This document shows positions 39,575 to 50,099 of a stretch of 64,000 nucleotides of DNA, in pieces. The stretch is from contig OY969585.1 in the NCBI GenBank assembly GCA_963701295.1, positions 128,001 to 192,000 on the forward strand. The letters are read 5' to 3'. Position 1 is the first letter of the stretch. The number at the start of each line of letters is the position of its first letter. A program made the translations under genes and the position numbers. The stretch comes from Ignavibacteriota bacterium. GTDB lineage: Bacteria > Bacteroidota > Ignavibacteria > UBA10030. The notes beneath the pieces were generated by a model that ran no database searches, was not told where the DNA came from, and was given only the letters and a program-made list of their open reading frames with translations.

Positions 39575-41824
39575 ATGTTGAAACACATTCAAGTTACTGC
39601 ACTTTTGCTATGCACAATCGCCTCGGCCCAGGAAAAAGCTGATCGAGATACGATCTACCAATCTGCACCAGTGACTATTACAGCAACGCATGCAGTAGAG
39701 CGAAGTTCACCGGTTACTTTTTCCAATTTGAATCATTCTGAAATTCAAAAACAATATTCTGTGCAAGATGTTCCTGTCTTGTTATCCGGTTTGCCTTCCA
39801 TCACGTTCTATTCTGAAAATGGAAATAGCAGCGGCGGGTATAGTTATATTAACCTGCGCGGATTTGAACAGCAAAGGTTGTCGGTCATGGTAAATGGTGT
39901 TCCACAAAATGACCCTGAAGATTTCAATGTGTACTGGATCGACTTTCCCGACTTACTTGGCAGCACAGCAAATATTCAGGTTCAACGCGGCGCCGGAAGC
40001 GCTTTCTATGGCCCCCCGGCAATCGGTGGTTCAGTAAATATACTCGCTGTTCCTTTCCAACCGCAGCCTAGTGTACTCTTCGAAAACAGCCTCGGTTTTC
40101 AGGAATATGGTTCAACCAATACCATTGTACTTTCGACGCGCAAATATTCTGCAACATTTAATTCCGGACTCGTGGACAACCGATATATGTTTTACGGACG
40201 AATGGGCAAACTTTCGACAGACGGCTATCGCGATAAATCGTGGGACGAGATCAACTCATACTTTTTTGGCGTTGAACGACTTGACGAAACGATGACAACA
40301 CGTATTCACTTTTACGGAGGCCCATTCAGCGATGGACTTGTGTATAATGGAATTCCTAAATTCTATAACAATAATTTGACCCTCCGCCGTACGAATTACA
40401 ATTATTTTGAATTGAATGGCGCACAAGATACAGTGACCTATGCGACAAATCGAAGGCCGCAAGAATCGGAAGAATTTTCGCAGCCGCATTTTGAATTGCT
40501 GCACGAGTGGAAACTTACCTCCAACATCACGTTCAACAATACTTTCTTTTATATTCAAGGAGACGGATATTATGATTATGATGGAACCGGCTTAGATACT
40601 TCTTCATTGCATTTGGGAAATGCCTACGGAATTCCTGCCGCAGCGAACCCGGCAAATATTCTTGTTCGTGCGTTTGTCGGAAATAAGCAATGGGGCTGGT
40701 TGCCTCGCCTGGAAATCGATCATGGAAACGGATCGCTGACACTGGGAGCGGAATTGCGTTTTCATCATTCCATCCATTGGGGAAAAATTGCCTATGCAGA
40801 AAATCTTCCGGCAAATTATGATCCCGATTATCACATCTATGAATATGAGGGACGAAAGGATATTGTATCAGTGTATGGACATGAACTTTATAAGTTGAGA
40901 GAGAACTTGACACTGATGACCGATTTGCAATTTGCCTACAATCGTTACGATCTGTCGAATGAAAAATTCTATAATAACAATTTTTCTGTTCCATATTATT
41001 TTCTTAATCCGAGAATAGGTTTGAATTACAACGTCAACGAGTTAGTCAATACCTACGTCAATATCGCCTATACATCTCGCGAACCTCGACTGAAAGACCT
41101 TTATTCTGCTGAAGAATCCATATGGGGAAGCACACCACACTTCGCAGCGGACACAACCGGCGGTAGCGTGAAGTATGACTTCAGCAAACCGCTTGCAAAG
41201 CCAGAGCATTTGTATGATTTTGAACTTGGGTGGGTGTATCGAGATGGTCAGACATTGGCATCTGTTAATTTCTTCTGGATGGAGTTTAAAGACGAACTCA
41301 TTGAAAGCGGTCAAGTTGATATTTTTGGCGAAACGATCAACCAGAACGCAGACCGCACTCGCCATCTGGGCATCGAGTTAGACGGACAGTCCAACCTTGG
41401 CTATGGATTCTCCGTAAGCGGGAATGCAACGATCTCCCATAATAGGCTCATACAATATACCATCGTGGACACTTCTTTCAACCAGCATGTTCTCGATGGC
41501 AACCGCATTGCAGGGTCTCCCGATTACATGGCGAACGTACGCATTGCATTCACTCGCGATGCCTTCGGCACTTCTCTGGACACAAAATACGTCGGCAACT
41601 TCTATACAGACAACACGCAAAGCGAAACAAGAAAGAACGACGCTTACATGGTCTGCAATGCGTCTGTGTGGTACCGATTTACGTTGGGTTCCGATGTCAT
41701 TATGACCGTGCACGGCGAGGTGCACAATCTTTTTGACTGTCTTTATACGATGACCGGCCAAGGGCAAGAATTCTTTCCCGCGGCTGAGCGAAACTATGTG
41801 TTTAGTATATCTTTACAATTATAG
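39575..41824 (+). CDS. TonB-dependent receptor, probable thiamine importer
   Basis: Plug motifs INLRGF, NGVPQND, QVQRGAGS..YG..AIGGSVNI; first gene after TPP riboswitch; ATG 39575 follows AAGGAGG. Confidence 0.92.
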   Translation: MLKHIQVTALLLCTIASAQEKADRDTIYQSAPVTITATHAVERSSPVTFSNLNHSEIQKQYSVQDVPVLLSGLPSITFYSENGNSSGGYSYINLRGFEQQRLSVMVNGVPQNDPEDFNVYWIDFPDLLGSTANIQVQRGAGSAFYGPPAIGGSVNILAVPFQPQPSVLFENSLGFQEYGSTNTIVLSTRKYSATFNSGLVDNRYMFYGRMGKLSTDGYRDKSWDEINSYFFGVERLDETMTTRIHFYGGPFSDGLVYNGIPKFYNNNLTLRRTNYNYFELNGAQDTVTYATNRRPQESEEFSQPHFELLHEWKLTSNITFNNTFFYIQGDGYYDYDGTGLDTSSLHLGNAYGIPAAANPANILVRAFVGNKQWGWLPRLEIDHGNGSLTLGAELRFHHSIHWGKIAYAENLPANYDPDYHIYEYEGRKDIVSVYGHELYKLRENLTLMTDLQFAYNRYDLSNEKFYNNNFSVPYYFLNPRIGLNYNVNELVNTYVNIAYTSREPRLKDLYSAEESIWGSTPHFAADTTGGSVKYDFSKPLAKPEHLYDFELGWVYRDGQTLASVNFFWMEFKDELIESGQVDIFGETINQNADRTRHLGIELDGQSNLGYGFSVSGNATISHNRLIQYTIVDTSFNQHVLDGNRIAGSPDYMANVRIAFTRDAFGTSLDTKYVGNFYTDNTQSETRKNDAYMVCNASVWYRFTLGSDVIMTVHGEVHNLFDCLYTMTGQGQEFFPAAERNYVFSISLQL

Positions 41825-41931
41825 AACGATCTATCCATGGATAGCGGACCAAGTTCAGCTTGTCAGAATTTTATTTTTGAGATGGCTTCTCGTATTTTTT
41901 GATTCAGTAAAGGTAATTCTGTAACTTTGTA

Positions 41932-43800
41932 ATGCAACCACAAAAAGGAATCTATTTGAGATATCCTCTGTATTTGTTTTTTCTCACTCTCATTGTAATG
42001 TTTGATACGCAAGCACAAGATCAGGATTCTATAACGATAGAACTTCAACCCTTGGTTGTTACTGCTAATCGAATCCCAACAAATGCCCTATACGTGAGTC
42101 GATCCATCGATCTAATCGACGAGCAAACCATTCAAAAATCTGGAGCATCATGCCTGGAAGAGTTGCTCCAAATAGAAGCAAACGTTGATATCCAACCGCG
42201 TGGAATTTTTGGCGTCCAATCGGATGCAAGCATCCGCGGTGCATTGTTCAGTCAGCAACTCATGCTTCTCAATGGGACACGCATGAACGATGCACAAACG
42301 GCGCATCATAATTTTGACCTCCCTCTTTCATTGGATCAAATTGAACGGATTGAAGTACTCAAGGGGGCTGGTTCTGCTCTCTACGGGCCAGATGCTTATG
42401 GAGGTGTAATTAATATCGTCACAAGAAAACCTGACAAGCAATCGCTCTCGTTGAAGTTGAGTGGAGGTGAGTACGGCTTAATAAATGGCTGTGGGAGCTA
42501 CGATTTTTCTTCTCCCAATATTCATTCATCAAACACCATTGAGCACCGACGCTCAGATGGTTATCAATTCGATACCGATTTTAAGATTACAAGTATTTCA
42601 TCAAACAACACTGTGGATCTTCCCCTGGGGACTTACTCAGTGTTTGGAGGCTATACCAATAAAGCATTTGGCGCATTTAATTTTTACGGACCGTCACCAT
42701 CAAAAGAGTGGACAGAGACAACATTCTTAAGTGCAACGACAAAAATTTCGTTCCCTTCATCCATCATAGAACCAAAATTTTCGTACCGAAGGCATTATGA
42801 TAAATTCATGTATGATCTTCGTACACCAGATCAATTCGTCAACATCAATACAACAAACTCTTACAACGGTGACCTTCAATCTGTCATTCAGGTCAATGAA
42901 TCCGTTTCTTGGATTATAGGAGTCGAAGGAAATAGTGAAGACGTCACAAGCACTAATCTCAAGAATCATCAACGATCTTCTCTTGGATTCCTTGCAACAA
43001 TGCATAGTATACTCCAGAATACTATTCTCATGGATTACGGAATGCGAGAGGATATTCATTCGGATTATGGCAACCAATTTAATCCGACATTCAATGTGGG
43101 ATATCTCTTTTCAACAATGTTTAAGTTATTCTTGACAGCAGGGCGTTCTTTTCGTGCACCAAGTTATACAGAACTGTATTATACCAGCCCCTCAAGAATT
43201 GGAAATCCGAATTTAAAACCAGAGACTGGATGGTCGTATGAAGTGGGTACTGATTTCTTTTTTCGTCCACAAATAAAATTCTCTTCTTCAGTGTTTGAGC
43301 GTGATCAAGAGAACCTTATAGACTATGTTGAATTTTCTTCTTCTGATATTGCTTATCATGCAACAAATTTTTCTTCTGCTGTAACTCGCGGTGTTGAGGC
43401 GTCGCTCCAATGGAAAGATGGGTTCTCTGCAGATCGAGAATCAGCAAATGATTTCACTCTCCAGAGCCTTCTTGTAAGCTATACATATTTGGATTCTCGT
43501 ATCGACATAGGAAACGTATACAGCTCACTATACAGCTTCACGCATCCGAAGCATCAATTCAATGCAGTGGCCACTGGAACTCTGCTTCTTTCCATTCATG
43601 GAACAATCAGTGCCACACATAAAATTAAGTTAGATGGAACAAATTATACGCTCATAGAGGCAAAAGTAAACAAATCGTTTTCACACACAAATGTATTTAT
43701 TCAGGGAACGAACCTGTTGAATCAATCGTATGTAGAAATCGTTGGTGTTCCACTGCCAGGACGGTGGTTGTGGGCTGGAGTTGAACTCAAAGTTTTATAG
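41932..43800 (+). CDS. TonB-dependent receptor (compact, BtuB/CirA-like)
   Basis: VVTANR, SIRG, IERIEVLKGAGSALYGPDAYGGVINI, FRAPSYTELY, GNPNLKPE, NLLN, PGR. Confidence 0.92.
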   Translation: MQPQKGIYLRYPLYLFFLTLIVMFDTQAQDQDSITIELQPLVVTANRIPTNALYVSRSIDLIDEQTIQKSGASCLEELLQIEANVDIQPRGIFGVQSDASIRGALFSQQLMLLNGTRMNDAQTAHHNFDLPLSLDQIERIEVLKGAGSALYGPDAYGGVINIVTRKPDKQSLSLKLSGGEYGLINGCGSYDFSSPNIHSSNTIEHRRSDGYQFDTDFKITSISSNNTVDLPLGTYSVFGGYTNKAFGAFNFYGPSPSKEWTETTFLSATTKISFPSSIIEPKFSYRRHYDKFMYDLRTPDQFVNINTTNSYNGDLQSVIQVNESVSWIIGVEGNSEDVTSTNLKNHQRSSLGFLATMHSILQNTILMDYGMREDIHSDYGNQFNPTFNVGYLFSTMFKLFLTAGRSFRAPSYTELYYTSPSRIGNPNLKPETGWSYEVGTDFFFRPQIKFSSSVFERDQENLIDYVEFSSSDIAYHATNFSSAVTRGVEASLQWKDGFSADRESANDFTLQSLLVSYTYLDSRIDIGNVYSSLYSFTHPKHQFNAVATGTLLLSIHGTISATHKIKLDGTNYTLIEAKVNKSFSHTNVFIQGTNLLNQSYVEIVGVPLPGRWLWAGVELKVL

Positions 43801-43811
43801 AGGCCGACACT

Positions 43812-44441
43812 ATGAAACGCGCACTCATTCTTGCGAATGGTAATCCACCCAGTAAACAGCTCTTTAGAAAACATTTGTTATCGGCTGATTGGTTCGTTTG
43901 TGCAGATGGTGGAGCAAACACCGCTGTTCGTTTCGGCAGCATTCCGCACCTTATCATCGGCGATCTCGATTCTGTGCGAAAGGAAACCCTTCGCGTTTTC
44001 AGCAAAGTTGAAATACAGAAACTGAAAGATCAGAATTCTACTGATTTGGAAAAAGCACTGATTGGAGCAATACGAAAAAAGTGTACTGAAATCGTAGTAC
44101 TAGGAGCGACAGGCGGGCGGCTTGATCATGCTATCGGAAATCTTAGTGCGCTTGCAAAGTTTTCGCGTAAAACGGCTATTAAATTCGTTGACGACACCGG
44201 AGAGTTCATACCCGTCGGTCACAAGTTAAATATTACTCTCGCTGTAGGAACAAGTATATCGCTTCTTCCACTTTCTCGATGCAGCGCGATCGTCACTACA
44301 GGATTAAAATGGAACCTCAGCAATGAATCGCTTCAACTTGGCATTCGCGAAAGTACGAGCAATCTTGTGGTCTCATCTCATGTGAATATTAAGGTCCGCA
44401 GCGGTGATCTTATCGCCTTCGTGATGAATCTTTTAAAATAA
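43812..44441 (+). CDS. thiN: thiamine diphosphokinase
   Basis: ADGGAN, IGDLDS, DQNSTDLEKA, GATGGRLDH, GLKW, STSN. Confidence 0.95.
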   Translation: MKRALILANGNPPSKQLFRKHLLSADWFVCADGGANTAVRFGSIPHLIIGDLDSVRKETLRVFSKVEIQKLKDQNSTDLEKALIGAIRKKCTEIVVLGATGGRLDHAIGNLSALAKFSRKTAIKFVDDTGEFIPVGHKLNITLAVGTSISLLPLSRCSAIVTTGLKWNLSNESLQLGIRESTSNLVVSSHVNIKVRSGDLIAFVMNLLK

Positions 44442-44506
44442 TCACAGCATGTTCACTCGCCTCAATAAGTTAGTATCCATCGGAAACACACAAGGATTAC
44501 TAAACC

Positions 44507-45955
44507 ATGAATAACGAGCAATTACAAATTCCAGGCATTCAATCGCCTATGGTTCATCTTTCTTTTATCGATATCGGACTCATCATTCTTTATTTTGCCG
44601 CTGTCGTCTTTATCGGATTTCGAGCGATGCGAAAACGAAAATCCGGTGCAGATGATTATCTTCTCGCAAGCCGCACGCTGACACTACCGATGTTTGTGGC
44701 AACACTTGTTTCCACCTGGTATGGAGGAATTCTCGGTGTTGGAGAATATTCCTATCGGTTTGGCATCTCCAACTGGATTGTCTTTGGGGTTCCATATTAT
44801 ATCTTTGCTTTCGTCTTTGCAATATTCCTCGCAAAGAAAGTTCGTGCGACAAATCTTTTCACAATCCCTGATAAACTTGAGCAGGCATACGATAAGCGAA
44901 CTGCAATTGCCGGTGGTATTCTCACATTCTTCCTCGTAACACCAGCCGCATACGTCCTGATGCTCGGCATTCTCGCGCAGCTCATTTTCGGTATCAACCT
45001 GACTTTTTGTGTTATCTTCGCTACATTTCTTACCGTCGTATATCTTTACAAAGGCGGCTTTCGCTCAGATGTCTGGGTGAATGCATTCGAGTTTGTTTTG
45101 ATGTTTGTCGGCTTTGCCCTCATCGTGATTTTTTCATATTCCAAATTTGGCGGATTAGATTTCATTCGTGCACACGTTCCCCCGCTTCATCTCACCTGGC
45201 ACGGAGGCAAAAGCATCGGATTCATTACTGTCTGGTTTTTCATTGCACTTTGGACGCTTGTCGATCCAGCATTTCATCAACGATGTTATGCAGCAAAAGA
45301 TGGTGCGACGGCTAAACGCGGTATCCTTATTTCCATTATCTTTTGGTTCGTCTTCGATTTTATGACAACTATGGCGGGACTATATTCACGGGCAGTTCTT
45401 CCACCATTGAAAGAACCGATGTTCTCCTATCCCTTGCTTGCTGACGTGGCTTTACCAGTCATTATAAAAGGAATATTTTTTATTGGAATGTGTGCAGCTA
45501 TCATGTCCTCTCTCAGCAGCTTGACACTCATTTCTGCTATTACAGTTGGTAAAGATATTGTTGGGAGATTAAAAAATGCCGGGCATGATTCTGATATTGT
45601 AAAACGATGGACAAAAATAGGCCTCGTGCTCTCTGCGCTCTTTTCAATTCTCCTCGCTCTCATCGTGCCTTCCGTCGTTACAATTTGGTACACTATTGGT
45701 TCATGCATTATCCCAGGATTATTGGTGCCCGTGTTGGCGAGTTACTTTGATCGGTTGAAGATTCCAGCAGTGTATGCATTCGGAGCAATGATGAATGGTT
45801 GGTTCATGTCGACGGCAAGTCTCATTTCTGGACATCTTTATTCCTCCAATGGTATTCCAGCATATTGGTATGGCATTGAGCCAATGTATCCTGGATTATT
45901 TTTCGCGCTTTTTTGGTGGGGATTGGGAAAGCTAGAAAAACCGCACACAACTTAA
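44507..45955 (+). CDS. sodium:solute symporter (SSS) family protein, candidate thiamine permease
   Basis: DYLLASR, ATLVSTWYGG, YKGGFRS, QRCYAAK, AAIMSS; many TM segments. Confidence 0.9.
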   Translation: MNNEQLQIPGIQSPMVHLSFIDIGLIILYFAAVVFIGFRAMRKRKSGADDYLLASRTLTLPMFVATLVSTWYGGILGVGEYSYRFGISNWIVFGVPYYIFAFVFAIFLAKKVRATNLFTIPDKLEQAYDKRTAIAGGILTFFLVTPAAYVLMLGILAQLIFGINLTFCVIFATFLTVVYLYKGGFRSDVWVNAFEFVLMFVGFALIVIFSYSKFGGLDFIRAHVPPLHLTWHGGKSIGFITVWFFIALWTLVDPAFHQRCYAAKDGATAKRGILISIIFWFVFDFMTTMAGLYSRAVLPPLKEPMFSYPLLADVALPVIIKGIFFIGMCAAIMSSLSSLTLISAITVGKDIVGRLKNAGHDSDIVKRWTKIGLVLSALFSILLALIVPSVVTIWYTIGSCIIPGLLVPVLASYFDRLKIPAVYAFGAMMNGWFMSTASLISGHLYSSNGIPAYWYGIEPMYPGLFFALFWWGLGKLEKPHTT

Positions 45956-46053
45956 AATCGAACATCTATTGAGAAGAATCTAGAACGTGGAAAGGTTGTC
46001 GTATTACTGGAGCATCACGAACTACTTTGTGACGCTCTTGTATGACTTTTGAG

Positions 46054-48603
46054 CTATAACTTTGTTGCCACAACCGCCACCGCTTTCGCCCGCTCAACTC
46101 TGCCGCTTGATCGGTCGGTCGCTTCAAGGTAAACAATATAAACTCCAATCCGAGCCCTTTGCCTGCTCTCATCAAACCCATCCCAAATAATTTCGCCTTT
46201 TGCTCCGATGAATTCACAATTCGCAAGCGTTCGAATACATCTACCTTTTATATCATAAATTCTTATGTTCAACATCGAAGCGAGCATCGGCAAATTATAA
46301 TGAATTATGCAATAATCTTCGAAGCCATCGCCGTCGGGAGAGAATGGATTGGGTGAAATAGAAATCGAAGAGTTGCTCACTATGCTTGTCGTCATCACGC
46401 TGTTGATCTTTCCTGGTGTTCCGCCCACAATGTTCGTACACGTACTCCAATTCCGCGGATCATTCGTGGCTATGTTCGGATTAATACGCTCCAGGGATCG
46501 TCCGCGTGTATCAACGACATCCGGATTATGCCAGCAAGGCAAGTATGCAACGCTGTCGATAGTTTGACCTGTGAGATCTTTCAACACAATCGCATCGCCA
46601 TCGTTGTTAAAACTAAATCCACCAGAACGATTAAGAATGGATAAAGAGATATCGGGATGAGGGCTTCCCAAATTTGGAAAGATATTACACATCGACGATT
46701 CTGCGGCAACAACAGCAAATCCTCCAGAGAGCACCGTTATTGTGGAGTCCGATATGACGAACGAATTGATACCGCTCGAAGTTGCCCTGTCATTAAATGT
46801 CCAATGTGCAAGATCGACTGGTTGAGAACTTCGATTAAATAATTCCAGCCATTCATTCTGGCCGTCGAGAGGATCATACATTATTTCATTAATAATAAGT
46901 GAGCATGGTTCATAACCGATTTTGACCGTAACCGAAGCTCGATTGTTCCTCAACCGTTCATCGCTCCAATTCTCAGCGACGACCACAACACTTATTTCGC
47001 CTGCGGCAAGCTGCGGCAATGATTCGGATATCTGCACTGAATCACCTGCTAAGATTCTTTGAGTCGAAACAACACTCTGCAATAATTCCGATGGGTCTGG
47101 ATACAGAGAACGATTGCGATCCGCATAGAAATGTACAATGACACTATCGATTGCTTGTCTTCCGATGTTCTGAATAGTCACATTGAGAATGGATATCATT
47201 TTCCCATTGGATACAATTCGTGTTTGCCTCAGATTACTTATTGCGAGATCATAGTCTAACCGCGCAATACTATTGATCCTTCCAGGAGTGCAACCTAGTG
47301 AATCCTGAGATGTTCCCCAATTTGCAGCCGAAATGCTTGATGTATAGAGATCGATCCGCTCAAGTGATTTTCCATTTTGTCCCCCCCAGCTCGGTTGATA
47401 CATAACACTATCGATCGAACGCGATAATGCATCATAAAGAACGACAGCATCGGGAGTAGTATTATTTAATGTTGAAAAATTAGCTATAACAGAGAATGCT
47501 CCTGGATGTATCGTACTAAAACTCGAATCCTTTGCTACGACGAGATAAGAATTCGGAACCATAAATATGTCAGTCGTCGAGATAACAGATTTTTTTGAAC
47601 CATTGCTATCCGAGATTCTCCAATTCTTCAAATTGATTGAGTCGGGAGCAGCATTATAGAATTCCACCCATTCCGGTTCATCGCCAGTTGGTGCATACAT
47701 AATTTCATTGACGAGCAAGTCACCTTTCATGCACTGAATATGGACGCTTACGTGCACGGTGTCATTCGCATTATTTTCGTCTTGAGAAAATCCGATAACA
47801 GCTATGAAACAATGTTCGCCCGCCTTTATTGGTGGATGCGTTGTTTCACAAATTAGAGAATCGCCGGGGCTAAGTGAAAGTCCACCAATCACAGAGAATT
47901 GTTCACCTGACTCCGCAATACCATTGCAATTATCATCAGAAAAGAATTGAACCGAGAAGCTGGATACTGCAAGCGATCCATAATTCTTGACACAAACAGA
48001 AAGAGACAGTGCGTCCTTGCGAGTCGCGTTGGCCGGAGAAACAACCATCGATGTTATTCCAATATCCAATCCGGCTGAGACGGTTAATGATACATCATCA
48101 ATCCGCAGAACTCCGGTAGTGTTGGTGTTATCTCCAAGCAACTGCCATCGGAACCGGACATTCGATTGATGCTGTAACCCGCTTCCTTCAAGATTGACAA
48201 TACGCTGGACGTAGCCGGAAGTTGAAGTAATCGTCTCATAGTGAGCTAAGAGAATGCTGAAGTCCGTTCCATCAAGAGCTGCACGTACTTCACAACGATA
48301 TGACGCTGCCGTGCTTGATCGCCGCTCCCAAAAGTTCAGTTTTCCCGGAATGCGGTCTGTAAAATCAAAGATAGGCGAAGTAATAGATTTCATTACAGTA
48401 TTGCCTGTTGTAGAGATACAATTGGGAGATGATCGGAATGTGGAAGTATTCATAATAAATCCATTGACACTCCAACCTGTTGGTAATGCCGGGGCTGTGA
48501 CACCATCAAAGGATTCTGAATATGGAAAGGATACAACCTGCGCTTCTAATGATATAGAAGCACAAATAAATATAAAAATTGCAATGAAAATGAGACATTT
48601 CAT
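46054..48603 (-). CDS. secreted lamin-tail-domain (2x LTD) + CARDB protein with T9SS/FlgD-like C-terminus
   Basis: Two V/INEIMY..P...EWxE..N repeats with SLERI; PNPFSPDGDG..D tail; ATG 48603 gives a signal peptide. Confidence 0.85.
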   Translation of the reverse strand: MKCLIFIAIFIFICASISLEAQVVSFPYSESFDGVTAPALPTGWSVNGFIMNTSTFRSSPNCISTTGNTVMKSITSPIFDFTDRIPGKLNFWERRSSTAASYRCEVRAALDGTDFSILLAHYETITSTSGYVQRIVNLEGSGLQHQSNVRFRWQLLGDNTNTTGVLRIDDVSLTVSAGLDIGITSMVVSPANATRKDALSLSVCVKNYGSLAVSSFSVQFFSDDNCNGIAESGEQFSVIGGLSLSPGDSLICETTHPPIKAGEHCFIAVIGFSQDENNANDTVHVSVHIQCMKGDLLVNEIMYAPTGDEPEWVEFYNAAPDSINLKNWRISDSNGSKKSVISTTDIFMVPNSYLVVAKDSSFSTIHPGAFSVIANFSTLNNTTPDAVVLYDALSRSIDSVMYQPSWGGQNGKSLERIDLYTSSISAANWGTSQDSLGCTPGRINSIARLDYDLAISNLRQTRIVSNGKMISILNVTIQNIGRQAIDSVIVHFYADRNRSLYPDPSELLQSVVSTQRILAGDSVQISESLPQLAAGEISVVVVAENWSDERLRNNRASVTVKIGYEPCSLIINEIMYDPLDGQNEWLELFNRSSQPVDLAHWTFNDRATSSGINSFVISDSTITVLSGGFAVVAAESSMCNIFPNLGSPHPDISLSILNRSGGFSFNNDGDAIVLKDLTGQTIDSVAYLPCWHNPDVVDTRGRSLERINPNIATNDPRNWSTCTNIVGGTPGKINSVMTTSIVSNSSISISPNPFSPDGDGFEDYCIIHYNLPMLASMLNIRIYDIKGRCIRTLANCEFIGAKGEIIWDGFDESRQRARIGVYIVYLEATDRSSGRVERAKAVAVVATKL

Positions 48604-48789
48604 CGGTGGCGCGTCCGATTTTATTATGATTGATAAAATAATAATAACAATTAGCGAATAGTGCAAGAGAAGTATATCCATTTTTTCTACTGCTTTTGTG
48701 ATGCCTTCTTTCTATCTTAACGCACTAATATTTCGTGTAAGATGAGATAGAATTCTGTTCTGCAATCCCTTTGTAAGAAAGGACACATT

Positions 48790-50025
48790 ATGGCCGAAAC
48801 CGTTCTTGATAAGTTTCTTCGCTATGTCGTCATCGACACACAATCGAAAGAAGACTCCGAGTCTTACCCTAGCACCGCCAAGCAGTTTGACCTGCTCAAT
48901 TTACTGGTCAAAGAGTTAAAAGGCCTCGGTGTACCGCAAATAAGCATTGACGAACATGGATATGTGATGGGAGCACTATCAGCGAATATTTCAACAAAAG
49001 TCCCTGCCATCGGATTTGTCGCACACGTGGACACCTCACCAGAAGTCAGCGGCGCAAATGTAAAACCGCAGATCATCAAAGAGTATAAAGGCGGTGATAT
49101 TGTCCTACCCGGAGATTCAAATATTGTCATTCGGGAATCTGAAAATCCGGCACTGAAAACGGCATTAGGTAAAATGATCGTAACAAGCGACGGTACAACA
49201 TTGCTTGGTGCAGATGACAAAGCGGGCATTGCCATTATCATGACTGCTATCCAACAATTAATCGCCAATCCAAAAATTCCGCATGGAGAGATTAAGGTTG
49301 GTTTCACTCCGGATGAAGAAGTTGGAGCAGGGACAAAGTTCTTTGACATCAAAAAGTTCGGGGCGCAATTCGCTTATACACTCGACGGCGATACCGCCGG
49401 TGAATTGAACAAAGAGACCTTCAGCGCCAATTCATGCCTTATTACTGTTCATGGCCGCGACATCCATCCGGGCAGCGCAAAAAACATCATGATCAATTCC
49501 GTCCGTATCATTTCTGAAATCATCGCTCGCCTGCCAAAACACCAGGCACCGGAGACAACGGAAGGATATGAACCCTACATCCATCCATATGTGCTCGAAG
49601 GCGGCGTAGGTAAATCAACAGTAAAACTTCTCTTCCGAGATTTTCAAACGACAGGGTTAGAAAATTTAAAGAAGATCGTGGAAAAAGTTGTTGCCGAAGT
49701 TCAGCCATTATATCCGAAAGCAAAAATAGAAATTCAAACCAATGAACAGTATAGAAATATGCGGGAAGAGTTAGAGAAAGATACTCGCGTGATCGATTAT
49801 CTCTATGAAGCAACGAAACGTTCCGGATTACAACCCTTATGGACTCCCATCCGGGGCGGTACAGATGGTTCACTACTTACTGCAAACGGTTTGCCGACAC
49901 CAAACATCTTTACCGGTGGAGCAAATTATCATAGCTGTACTGAATGGGTTAATGTATGGGGAATGGAAAAAGCAGTGGAAACAGTTTTGAATCTAGTGCA
50001 AATTTGGGTTGAAAAGAGTAAGTAA
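48790..50025 (+). CDS. pepT: peptidase T (M20B tripeptidase)
   Basis: AHVDTS, LLGADDKAG, FTPDEEVG, HPGSAK, IRGGTDG, PNIFTG. Confidence 0.96.
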   Translation: MAETVLDKFLRYVVIDTQSKEDSESYPSTAKQFDLLNLLVKELKGLGVPQISIDEHGYVMGALSANISTKVPAIGFVAHVDTSPEVSGANVKPQIIKEYKGGDIVLPGDSNIVIRESENPALKTALGKMIVTSDGTTLLGADDKAGIAIIMTAIQQLIANPKIPHGEIKVGFTPDEEVGAGTKFFDIKKFGAQFAYTLDGDTAGELNKETFSANSCLITVHGRDIHPGSAKNIMINSVRIISEIIARLPKHQAPETTEGYEPYIHPYVLEGGVGKSTVKLLFRDFQTTGLENLKKIVEKVVAEVQPLYPKAKIEIQTNEQYRNMREELEKDTRVIDYLYEATKRSGLQPLWTPIRGGTDGSLLTANGLPTPNIFTGGANYHSCTEWVNVWGMEKAVETVLNLVQIWVEKSK

Positions 50026-50099
50026 GGAAACAGATAAAATGCATCCCTCATAACTGACGACTGAATACTTTTTACCTGAAAGCAATACAAGGAGTACCC

